Of a stretch of 64,000 nucleotides of DNA, positions 10,677 to 21,805 are shown in pieces. Origin of the DNA: Rhizophagus irregularis (lineage: Eukaryota); assembly GCF_026210795.1 (NCBI RefSeq), contig NC_089429.1:6820001-6884000 (forward strand). The letters are read 5' to 3'. Within the stretch, counting starts at the first letter, position 1, and each line of letters starts with the position of its first letter. A model generated the notes under the pieces. That model saw only the letters and a list, made by a program, of their open reading frames with translations. It made no database searches and was not told the origin of the DNA. The translations under genes and the position numbers were made by a program.

Positions 10677-12984
10677 CATATCCAGCTAGTTTTTTTTCTT
10701 GAAATTTTTTGTTTCTTTTTTACCAGTTGAATAGAATCTTTATAAGGTGGTGTATTTGGAGAAGGAGCAGTAAGAAAGGGTGTAATGCTACTTTGTTGTG
10801 TCATTTTGAATATAAACATATGAAGATAGTGTGTTACAAGTTGTCTATTAACATGAAACTAAAACAAAAATAACAATAAATTTTGAGTTTTTGACGTGTT
10901 ATATTTGTAATACATGCTTCTTCACATGATTTCGGTCAATGGTCATTGGACATTAATAGCACGATCAGCATTAAATTGGATATCCGCTAACTTAAATGGA
11001 TATCCGTTATAGTTAACAGTTATATCCGGATAACCCGTTTAGATTAAATCCAAATCTGGATAACTGTGAAATTCAAAAATTTTTATCCGGATACTTGATT
11101 TTTAACAGATATCCACTATTACAATCAGATATGCTAAACCCGGATACAAACACTACAACGGACCAGGTGGTGGAATTTTTTGTGTTATATAAAATTCATA
11201 ATGTGGGCCGAAATTCATAGTGCCGGCCAGACAATTTTGGCCTGAATTTCGTCTTTCAGCTAGAGTTTCGTTTTGATAGTTAGAGTTTTGGTCTGGCCTA
11301 ATTTTGGCTGGGATTAAAAATATATTTGATGCTAATCCTGGCCGAATTTTAATTCTGACTAGGATTGAGTTTTAACCGGTTAATTAACCGGTTAAAGGTT
11401 TGGTTAACCGGTTATTAACCGGTTAAGACTTTTTGGACCGGTTCTAACCTCTAGTTGAAAATTCTACATAATAATATATACTCAAATTTTACAGACAGCT
11501 TAATATTCGTTTAAATTTACTGCATATTAAATTTTATCAAGATTGCATCATTATTGGGCAACTTTTACTAGTAATAACTTTTAAATTCTAATAAAATGTG
11601 TTTTTATGAGTATTTCTTTACAAAATTTTAAAGACTATTTATAAAAAAATGAACAATATAATTTTTAATGATCAAATTTGTTGTTTAAATAAATAAAACA
11701 AAAAATAATTCTTTAAACAGTTCATAAAATTTTGCCAAAATTTTTTCCTAATATTCCTAATATATATTTTAATAATATTCATAAACATTCTTTTAATGAT
11801 AACTTTGGTTTATCTAAAATTCTGCTGGTTTATTTTAACCATTGATTCTTGAATACCTAAATAATATATTTTAAAAATTTCAAGTTTCGCCCGTAAATCT
11901 GTGGCTTTGCCCAAAGCTTCAAAATCAGATTAGCAAATGATCGGCAAATGATCGGCAATTATCAAATTATTGGAAATTTTGGTTTAATTGGCAATACATT
12001 TTTTTTTGCCATAATACTTTTATAGTATATTTTTCATAAATTAAACTGACAAAAAAAACAATTAGTATAATTTTCCCGAGCATTTATGGCTTTATCCAAT
12101 GCTTCAAAGTAGAAGTGATATGATATATATATATCGACAAATGATCGGCAAGGTGATAAAAGCATGTCCGCTATGCTAGTATAGTATGGGTTGTCTATTG
12201 AGATTGATAATAAATAATGATAATAACTGGTATCAATTAATAAAGATTATTGAATTTTAAAATTTCTTTATAAATTCTGAATTATAGTTTAAGATAGAAA
12301 TTTCTTTCCTAAGATTGTATTTTTTCTTCTTTAGATGTAGTCATTGTCTAATAATATTTTTAATTTAGTATAATTTTTTATTATTTAATTTGTTTTATAA
12401 AAATTATGCATCTAATTATAGTAAATGCCAGTTTAAATAACTCAATACTTAAGGTTTATTGGAATTAATATTTGAGAGAAAAGATCTAAACTGCTATTTC
12501 TGATATTATACTTTAATCCACTTTGAATTCATCCTAATAGTTTCATTTGGAAGTAAATAGTAATATGTCTTTATCATTTAATAATAATAATAAAAATGAT
12601 AACTCCACCTCCTTACCTTACCAATATTCTATAATGATTGAATATGCTCTTTATATTTTATGTCAATAATTTCATTTTCTATACTTTTAAAATATACTTA
12701 AAAGGCACAATCCTCTTTTGTGAATTGAATCTTGAATATTAGTTTCTGAATAGCTTTTTCAGAATCTCTTTTTAAATTCAAAATTTTTTTATAAATATTA
12801 TTGATCCATCTTTAAAATCTGTGATTATGAAAAAAAATATCCTTATAAAAGTTGCAACCAGATTATTTTTACTGATGGAAACAAATTATATAAAAATAAT
12901 ATTAAAGTTCTAAGAATGAGAAAGAACTCAAGATAGGAATATTGATAAATTAGTTTTTTTATTTGATCATGTGTCCGTTTATTT

Positions 12985-13320
12985 TAAGGCTTGGTTTCAG
13001 TTGGCTTAGTTTAACTTAATTGTTTTAATTGGGCTTAGTTGGGCTTACTTATTATTTGGGCTTATACCTTTATTATTGAGGTTAGAAAAAAACAAAATTA
13101 TTTTGGTATAACTTAGTTAATTGTTTTAATTGGGCTGAATTGGGCTTACTTATTAGTTAAGTACTTGAGGCTTAATAGACTTATAACCTTTATTATTGGG
13201 CTTAAATAAAAACAAAATTATTTTAGTATAACTTAATTGATTTAATTGGGCTTACTTATTAGTTGAGGCTTATTAGACGCCTTTATTATTGGGCTTAGAA
13301 AAAACAAAAATTGTTTTGAT
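12985..13320. repeat. Degenerate tandem repeat, about 3 units of 90-120 bp
   Basis: TTGGGCTTACTTATTA and CCTTTATTATTG(A/G)G..A(G/A)AAAAAACAAAATT each recur three times. Confidence 0.65.
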
Positions 13321-14332
13321 AAACAGTAGTTTTTCACATGCAAATGCAATTACAATTTTTAGTAATAAAGTTTTTTTTAAACACCATTAGATTAAAGGTT
13401 TTTACAGTGCAATTGAATAATGTTAAGCGGAATTTTAAATTTTAAATACATTATTTATTTTATTATATTTTTTATTATTTATTAAATAAATTAACCATTA
13501 AAATTTTATACAAAGTCATGATATTTTTTTTAAAAACTTAGCTAAAATTATATATTATCTTATCAAAGTGATAAATGTTAAAAAAATAATATACAGTAGT
13601 TTAGGCAAATGTAGAGGAAATTCTACACGTGCCTACACGCGTCACATTTGTCGCATGAAGAAAAATATAAATATAACTTAGTATTTAAATTAACATTTCT
13701 TTGTAAATTAATTACTGTAATACATATGTTTTGTTAGATAAAAATATGATAAATTGGCACTCTTTTGTTTAAAAAAAAAAGCAATTAATCTTATCTCATT
13801 TGTACTAATTTCTAATACAAAAATCAGAAATCAAAAACCAAAAAATGAGTGAAATTTCTAATAATGACAAAAATAAAAGTGTAACGATTTTGTTATAAAA
13901 TAGGCTGGAAGAGATACAGTAATAATTTAAAGGTAAAAGTCTTTTTGTATGAAAAGCAGAATTAAAGTTATAATTAAATTACATAACTACAGGCAGATAT
14001 TATAAAGTTATTGGGCATGGAGTATTCAATATGGAGATGGGTGTTAAATGATTGGCTGTCATTGTGCCACTGCGTGGCACATGACAATAATCATTCATCC
14101 ACCGTAATAGTAATGAATAACGAAAAAAATCATATCCTTGGTAGCCTTACATTTATTGCTAAGTTACCATAATTTGATTTTGTTAATATTTTAAAAATAT
14201 TTGTGGACAAATAAAATATTAAACATTACTACATTATTTTGATAATTATCCTAGTAGTAACGTAAGGTTTCATTACTTTACGTATTTATATTGCTTGGCA
14301 ATGTAGTTAAGCTAGGAAAGCAAAAAAAAAAA

Positions 14333-14752
14333 TATAATCATATAATTATTTTTCCTAAAAAAATTTCCTAATTCTTAGCAATTTTATACAATCCTAAATT
14401 ACCCCTGAGAATCACCCTTTTTGGAATAAAAACTGTGGCTTGTTATTTTCAAATTAAGCAACACGTTGAATATTAAAAGAAAGTGGAGCAGCAAAATGTT
14501 AGCAGTACTTTCTTTTTATAAAAAAAAACCATGAAACCTATAAATAATAATATGATTGAATTAGTGTATTATTGACAATTTGAAGCATAATAAAATAAAA
14601 AAATTGTTTGACATGATTTTCTTTATTGAATTTTACGTACAAGCCACAGTTTAATTCAAAAAGGGTGATTCTCAGGGGTAAAAAAATTTAATTTAGGATT
14701 GTGTAAAATTCCTAAGAATTAGGAAATTTTTTAGGAAAAATACATGATTATA
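14333..14752. mobile_element. MITE-like fold-back with ~110-bp inverted arms
   Basis: Left arm ...TTTCCTAATTCTTAG...TACCCCTGAGAATCACCCTTTT...AACTGTGGCTTG is complementary to right arm 14640-14752. No TSD resolved. Confidence 0.7.
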
Positions 14753-14840
14753 AAAAAAATTAGATGGTGAGAGAAAATCAAAAATAGTTTATAATGGTAC
14801 GATTTTGTTGGTTTGGAATACGTGGCTCAATTTAGTGTCC

Positions 14841-15072
14841 TAGGACCCAGAAATATATATATAGGGGTCAGGTGATGAAAAAATTTTTTTACTATGAGCT
14901 GTACGCATTTTTTCAGGGCCGGAATTATGATAATGTCAGTCGGTTACTATAATAGGAAATAAAATTCTGACTGGCATTATCAAAAATTAGCTCAAAAGGA
15001 AAGATTTTCATGATTTTTTTAGTTCAAAATACGCAAACTCAAACCTGACTCTTTTATATATTCTGGGTCCTA
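14841..15072. mobile_element. MITE with TAGGACCCAGAA TIRs and apparent 6-bp TSD
   Basis: TAGGACCCAGAA...TTCTGGGTCCTA, with GTGTCC duplicated at 14835-14840 and 15073-15078. Confidence 0.75.
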
Positions 15073-15969
15073 GTGTCCTTTGCCACGTTCAAACCAATGA
15101 AGAAATTTAAATTTCTTTATTATTTTCATTCATTAATAATGATAATTACGCAAATAAAGTCAGTTTTTATTATATGTATTCCTTAAAGGGTAAGTATAAT
15201 TTTAAAGTCGATTAATAATAATACAGTATATTAAATTTAATATTCTGTGATCTATAATTTTGTTCTTTGTTACGTTCTGCAGTTCCGGGCAAGTAAAGGA
15301 ACCAGAAAACGGAAATTGTTATAAGCCCAAATTGTTGCTTAGATGTTTTGTTTGATTGTTGTACATCACCACGTACTTAACGGACGGCAATAGAAAGCCA
15401 CACAAGCTACAAGATTTAGATATTATTGATGGTATGTGAATCATGCAATATTTATTAGAAATTATGTAACGCCACTTCTACAAGGTATTCACACATACAG
15501 TTATGTTATTATAAAATTATATATCATATAATGCAAGCCTTCGCGGCTTATGCTAAATACCAGCTGATTGCTCAACACCATAAAAAAATCTAATCAGAAA
15601 TTTAAAAATTTGTTAAATAGACTAAAAATATAAAGAAAAAATTTACAGTAATTTATTTTAAATAATAAAACTATTATTTTACTTTAGTTCACATTTAATA
15701 AAAGAATGCAGAAAGTTCACATCTTTAAAATTTTGCAAATAGCTGATTAATTAATTAACTATTGTTGGTAATTCGTCTTCTTACATTAATAATAATGCAG
15801 TAATATTTAAACGATGATTAACTATCCCTGTAAAAATAGTTGATCTATTTTCTATTTTTTATATTCCATCTTTTTTCGTAAAAGGCATGTCAATGGATAT
15901 CCATGAAAGGCTCATTTTTACGGAGTGTAACGGATAAAATATTTTATAGAGTATAACGTATATAATATT

Positions 15970-16380
15970 CATCAAGAATTGTGTTTTGAAGTTGATGCCG
16001 ATTACAATATTTGTGGCTAAATTTTCCTTGTGGCTTACTGCATTTATGATCAAGAATTTGCGTAGTAACTTTGAATTATTTACGCGAATCAGCATTCAAG
16101 ATGCCGATTACAATATTTGTGGCTAAATTTTCTTTGTGGCATAATGTATTATGATGATCAAGAATTGCATTTTTAAGTTAACACATTAAGATGCCGATTA
16201 AAATTTCCTTGTGGCTTACTGCATTATGATGATCAAGAATTCCTTTTTTAAGTTAGCATTACATAAAGATGCCGATTAAATATTTGTGGCTAAATTTTCC
16301 TTGTGGCTTACTGCATTTATGATCAAGAATTTGCGTAGTAACTTTTGAATTACTGACACGATCGAATCAGCATCAAGAAT
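15970..16380. repeat. Variable-length tandem repeat, 4 units of 78-110 bp
   Basis: GATGCCGATTA starts at 15994, 16100, 16190 and 16268, each followed by TTGTGGC...TGATCAAGAAT. Confidence 0.85.
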
Positions 16381-16964
16381 CCTGAAATGTTATGGATACT
16401 TCATATTATTTAGGGATAATATTTATTTAGGGATAATATTATTAATTAATTCATTTTTAATGTAATTTTGATTAAATTTATTCGCTAGTGTAAGTCAATA
16501 CTCAGATTAATAATCATGATTATTCATGAAAATAGGATGATACACTTGATATCTGATATTAAATTTATAAACAGAACAATATTGATGATAAAATTAATAC
16601 CGTTTGTTTGTTCTAAATCTCGTTTTATTATTCCATTTTCTATTAAACTATTTAAAATATATATACGCAAAATAATGATAATAACTGTGCATAACAGATA
16701 AACTTTCTTATTATAGAGCCAGTATGGTACGCATGGTGGTACGGTACGCTACTATATTTTGGAAATTTTATCAGCTATACCGATAATAATACAGTACAAG
16801 TTATATGTATAACAAGTATGGTATGGTATGGAATTTGTTTCGAATTATATGAAGAATTGAAGAATTCAATTAATTTACGAGCACGTATGAAATGTGTGAC
16901 AATTTTAGATGATGATATGGATATCATGGGACAATTACTAGGTAGTAGGTACCTTAATTAATCA

Positions 16965-18060
16965 GAAAATTGCGTGCAAATTTGTGCGCAATTTTCAATA
17001 TTGTTTAATTATTTATATACATGAAATTGCACTAATTAATCTATTTTTTTTTTTTTGATTTTTGCGTAGAAAACATCATGAAATTTATGTTAAAAAATTA
17101 TTTTCTTACAGAAGTTGTTTTTTTAAGTAGTTGACTTATAGGCAAATTTTTGCATTTGTAAAATTAACAAAATTTATAAAGTTTCAGAACGTTAAATGTG
17201 TCGCATTTATCATCTATGTATTCTAGAATTTTGAAATTTACATATATTATGTATTACATTCCGCTCTACAACATTTACTAAGCTTACAAAAAAGGTTTAG
17301 AAGGCAGATTTTAACTTTACATATAGATAATAATTACCGATACTCAATTTATCTAAAAAAACTTGCGTACAAATTTATACGCAATTTTCAACATTGTTCA
17401 TTCATTTATTTACATGAAATTACACTATTTAACCTAATTTTTTTTTTGATTCTTGCATAAAAAACATCATGAAATTTATGTTAAAAATATTATTTCTTAC
17501 AGAAGTTATTTTTTTTAAGTAGTTGACTTATACAAGTTTTTGCATTAGTAAAAATTGGAAAATTATATTTTATGAAAGTTAAACGCGTCGCATTCATTAT
17601 CTATGTATACTAGAATCTTAATTTTTATATATATTATGTATTTTACTTCGCTCTACAACTTTTACTAAATTTTCAAAGAAGGTTTAGAAGGCTAATTTTG
17701 ACTTTACATATAGATGAAATTTTGCTAATAGTTAATTATTTATTTACATGAAATTACACTAAATAACCTGCCCTTTTTTTTTTATTTTTACTTAGAAAAC
17801 ATTTATAATTTTATAAAAAAAAATATTACTTTTTGTTTTAAAATTACTTTTTGTTTTAAAAAAAAATTTTTATAGAAAATTTTTTATATTACTAAATTAC
17901 ATAAGAATTTTTTAAGATTTTTAAAAATAAAAATAAGTATGCATTTATTGTAAAGCTGTAAAAATTACATATTACATGTAAATTTATCTATTCTACAACT
18001 TTGTTTAATAGTAAAAAGCATGTTTAGAATATCAATTTTGATTTTTATATATAGTATATT
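16965..18060. repeat. Diverged ~390-bp tandem triplication
   Basis: TTGCGT(G/A)CAAATTT..CGCAATTTTCAA at ~16970 and ~17363. TACATGAAATT(G/A)CACTA and CTCTACAAC..GGTTTAGAAGGC recur. The third unit is partial. Confidence 0.75.
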
Positions 18061-18272
18061 ATTTTAATATCAGATATATGAAATTGTGAATTTTTTTTTG
18101 ACACCATATACAGATCACGCTATATAGTTAATGATATCAGGTGATCTTCATTTTAATAGTGATATTCCTTGTGATTGGTTGTTCTGCTAATTGTACTATC
18201 CTGGAAAGGAAGGAAAATTTTACTAATTTGGTTAGCTCTTATGCGCTAAGTATAGGGTACGTTTTTTATATT

Positions 18273-18370
18273 ATTGATATTGATATTGATATTGATATTG
18301 AATTGAAATTGAATTGAAATTGAATTGATATTGATATTGATATTGATATTGATATTGAGTTGATATTGAG
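18273..18370. repeat. (ATTGAT)n / (ATTGA)n microsatellite
   Basis: Seen directly in the sequence. Confidence 0.9.
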
Positions 18371-19129
18371 TTCAATATTACGAACAATGGTTGTTTATAT
18401 AAAAAAAAAAAAATTGATCATGATCTGCAGCATGATCAAAATCCAAGAGCTAACCATATATTGACATCAAGGAATTATGAATTGACTGGCCAAATATCTA
18501 AGAGTTAACTATATATTAACATCAAGGAAATATTTATTATTCGTATACATTGTTCAGGAGGCTAATTTTTGTGATTATAATAGGAATTGAAGGTCAATAT
18601 ATATATATATATATATAAAATAGGGAAAATGTAATTGGCGACCCGGTAACCCCTGATTATGTAATAAATTTATATTTTTTATTGGCTACACAAACATGAT
18701 CATCGTGTCATCTGATAAATGTTTATTTGTTTATTAGATAACGATAATTTTTTTTTCCTTTTTTTTTATTGCAGTGCTATTTCGGCTTGAAAATGACTTT
18801 TTTTAAGGCAATTTTTTTTTTGTTTTTTTTCGTTATTTTATTGTATTTAATGACTCTTTACTTTATTATTAACGCTAACTTTATTTTTTTCTTTAGATAA
18901 TGGGATGGCTTCTTTTTATTTAATGTATGTCTTTCTTTATTACTTTTTATATCTTTCTGTTTTTATTACTTTTTCATTTTATTTGAAATAATACTAACCA
19001 GTCATTTCTTTGTTCCTTTTTTTATGGGTGGTGTTTTTGATTATTTTTTCTTCACTTTTTTTCGTCTTTCTATCGTTCTTTTCACTTCTTTTTTACCCTT
19101 TATTATTTTATTTCTTTCTCCTTTTTACT

Positions 19130-19720
19130 TCTTTTTTATTCTTCATCATCCTTTTATTTCTTTTATTTTTCATTATTATTTTCGCTTTCTTTTCTTTTCC
19201 TATCACCCTTTACACTTCCTTCTCACTTCCCGTTTGTTTACCATCATCTTTCTTACTTCTTTTTTATCTCCTATCATCCTTTTTACTTTCTTTTCACTTC
19301 ATTTTTGTTCACCATCATCTTTCTCACTTCTTTTTCGTCTTCTATCATCCTTTTTTACTCCCTTCCTACTTCATTTTCGATCACCATCATCTTTCTCACT
19401 TCCTTTTCATCTCCTATCACCCTTTTACTTCCTTCTCACTTCATTCTTTCTCACTTCCTTTTCATCTCCTATCATCCTTTTTACTTCCTTCTCACTTCAT
19501 TTTCGTTCACTATTATCTTTTTCACTTTCTTTTCATCTTCTAACACCCTTTTACTTCCTTCTCACTTCATTTTCGTTCACTATCATCTTTCTCACTTCCT
19601 TTTCATCTCCTATCATCCTTTTTACTTCTTTCTCACTTCATTTTCGTTCACTATCATCTTTCTCACTTTCTTTTCATCTTCTAACACCCTTTTCACTTCT
19701 TTTACATTTCCCTTTCACTT
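19130..19720 (-). repeat. Pyrimidine-rich low-complexity repeat array; minus strand reads as a decayed K/R/D/E/S peptide repeat
   Basis: Units such as TCACTTCATTTTCGTTCACTATCATCTTTCTCACTTCCTTTTCATCTCCTATCATCCTTTTTACTTCCTTC translate on the minus strand as EGSKKDDRR*KGSEKDDSERK*SE, with TGA in Arg-like positions. Confidence 0.7.
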
Positions 19721-20133
19721 CCCTTTCATCCTTATCATCTTATTACACTTTCTTTTGTCATTATTATCCTTTTTACACTTTTTTTCATTTCTTTTCTTTT
19801 CATCCCACGTCATTTCTTTTTGTTTCCTTTTTTCTTTCATAATTATTAACGTTATATCTTCTATTTCCTTTTTTTGCTTATTTATTAGCATTTTTTTCAT
19901 TTTATCATTGTAATTTTTCTTTTTTTTTTATCACTAGTATTTACCATTATTGTTAGTTTTTATTTCTCTAATCAATAAAATATAATCCACTAAATGTATA
20001 ATTTTATAGTTTTAATATTGTATTTAACAAATAAAATTTTACTGTAAATAAAATATTCTTTAAAAATTAACTGATCAAAAATGAATCAGCCAATTAAAAT
20101 TTTATTAAGTCATGTGATAGAGTCGCCATGGTG

Positions 20134-20874
20134 TAGTGTTTCGATCCGGGTAGAAACCGTTACCCGGATAAATTAAAAAAATTATCCGGTTTTTATCCGG
20201 ATTATCCGCCTCGGATAAAAATCCGGATATATCCGGATAGAAACCGAAATCCGGATAGAATTAATATTAATTTTTTTTATAGATTGGGAAATTCATGGCA
20301 TATATTAAATAAAATTCATGGTATAAGTTTAATTAAGTTCCATAGTAACAAATTTGATTAAATTGGTGGCGTTTATTTAATTAAATCGTAGATCTTAAAT
20401 TAAGGTTAGAAACTCTAATTTCGGCCGGCACTATGAATTTTGCCCAAATTATGCTGTAGGTTTGATTTTCCGAAATTTTTTAGAAAATGTGAACTTTTTT
20501 TTTGTCCGTGATCATCAAGATTGTTGCATGCTTTTAGTGCACAAAATGGCTTAATATCAATAAGTCAAAATAATAAACCGAATTTTAGAATTGAAACTTA
20601 AGAAATGAATAATAATCACGATTGATTGACTCTAAAAATCAATTCTTATTTTGGGAATTGATTTCAATCCTTCACTGAATAAAAATTTAGAAAGAAAACT
20701 AATTTAAACATTTAAGAAAAACTTTTTTTTATTTTCATTATCCGGATTCCGGGTCAAAACCGGATATTTTTTAACCGGATATTTATCCGGGTAAAAACCG
20801 CGATTATCCGGATATCCGAAAAATAAAATTATCCGGGTTCAACCGGTTGGACCCGAATACGGATCGAAACACTA
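20134..20874. mobile_element. hAT MITE (TAGTGTT family)
   Basis: Perfect 15-bp TIR TAGTGTTTCGATCCG, perfect 8-bp TSD CCATGGTG (20126-20133, 20875-20882) and ATCCGG subterminal arrays with CpGs intact. Confidence 0.95.
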
Positions 20875-21024
20875 CCATGGTGACAGGTCGCCAAATAATG
20901 TTACCCAAATATATATATCCGAATTAAAAATAAATATATTTGAATTTTATTAAAATATATATATATATATCCAAATTTTATTAATATATCCGAATTTTAT
21001 TTTGTTAAAAAAAATACATATACC

Positions 21025-21360
21025 CGAATTTATTAAATTTATTTATTAAAAAAATATTATACAAATTTATTTTAAAAAAAAACATTATATAAATTTATTT
21101 ATTAAAAAAAAACATTATATAAATTTATTTATTAAAAAAAAACATTATATAAATTTATTTATTAAAGAACAAAAGCATTATATATTAAAAAAAAAATTAT
21201 TTATTAAAAAACATTATACGAGTTTATTTATTTAAAAAGCATTATATGATACAAATTTAGTAATTATTAAAAAACATTATATGAATTTAATTATCAAAAA
21301 AAAGTTATATGAATTTACTTATTAAAATATATATTACATAAATTGATTTATTAAAAAAAA
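21025..21360. repeat. AT-rich ~30-bp minisatellite
   Basis: AAATTTATTTATTAAAAAAAAACATTATAT is exact at 21091 and 21121, with degenerate copies on both sides. Confidence 0.75.
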
Positions 21361-21771
21361 TTATATATATTACACAAATAAAAAAAAAATGTGGACATAG
21401 AATCGTCCAAATTTGATTCGTGTGAAATAAATTTTATTGAATAATTTTATTTTGAATATAAATATAAATTATAATATACGTTTTATATAAAATTTTTAAA
21501 AAGTTTACTACAGCATGGTTAGAAACTGAAAAAAATTTTTTAAAAAAAATTGTTAAATGTTTTTTATAAATTAAAAAATTCAAGCCAATTACAAGATTAT
21601 TAAATCAAAATGCAAAAAAACAATAAATTAAATTTTTTTAGATGAAAAAAAAATAAAATAAATTATTTATTTATTTCAAATAAAAATTAAATTATATACT
21701 GTATTTATTACCAATATTATTGTTTCTGCAAATAAGTGTTAAAATTTATGGTATATATCCTACTCTTAGTA

Positions 21772-21805
21772 AGGGCCGGTCACCGGCCCTAGGGTATGAC
21801 TCTAG
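21772..21805 (+). mobile_element. Helitron 3' terminus (hairpin plus CTAG)
   Basis: GC-rich hairpin AGGGCCGGT-C-ACCGGCCCT (21772-21790), an 11-nt spacer, then CTAG (21802-21805) followed by T. This is the canonical Helitron end. Confidence 0.75.

Larger units (their letters stand above)
6520..10804 (-). pseudogene. hAT transposase with BED zinc finger and C-terminal dimerization domain, two introns, interrupted
   Basis: MTQQSS...KTSWIWEYF..C..C..HLWSVH (BED), WIIDDLQPFSVV, TADLWT, CFAHTLQL, DVSTRWNSS, DPYAWW and ASTPSE*LFSDAGN. GT-AG introns at 8921-9007 and 8070-8238. The frame rejoins after removing 7191-7708 and 9192-10676. 3' end approximate. Confidence 0.92.
5878..11155 (-). mobile_element. 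Formerly autonomous hAT transposon (TAGTGTT family)
   Basis: TIR TAGTGTTTGTATC(T/C)GG at both ends and 8-bp TSD CAACAGAC/CAACGGAC. Encloses a BED-hAT transposase. Confidence 0.92.
5646..11453. mobile_element. hAT MITE rich in TTAACCGGTTAA repeats, left TIR partly deleted
   Basis: Right TIR ACCGGTTCTAACCTCTA ends at 11453. The 8-bp TSD GTTGAAAA is at 5638-5645 and 11454-11461. AACCGGTT subterminal arrays lie at both ends. Confidence 0.8.
5539..12177. mobile_element. Non-autonomous TIR element with 9-bp TSD (Mutator/MULE-like), outermost layer of a nest
   Basis: TIR AGCATAGCGGACAT (from 5539) / ATGTCCGCTATGCT (to 12177), with TSD AGTATAGTA at 5530-5538 and 12178-12186. Confidence 0.85.
18623..20906. 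mobile_element. Diverged TIR element (GGG termini) carrying a low-complexity internal repeat
   Basis: Left GGGAAAATGTAATTGGCGACCCGGTAACC matches the right-end inverse GGGTAACATTATTTGGCGACCTGTCACC. Possible 5-bp TSD AAATA, weak in an AT-rich context. Confidence 0.6.

Noticed and set aside
15970..16380. Repeat-spacer (CRISPR-like) pattern
   Set aside because: The variable parts are deletion variants of each other, not unique spacers.
19010..19913. Three overlapping long plus-strand ORFs (177-272 aa, F/S/L-rich)
   Set aside because: They are artefacts of a pyrimidine-rich repeat that lacks stop codons in all plus frames.
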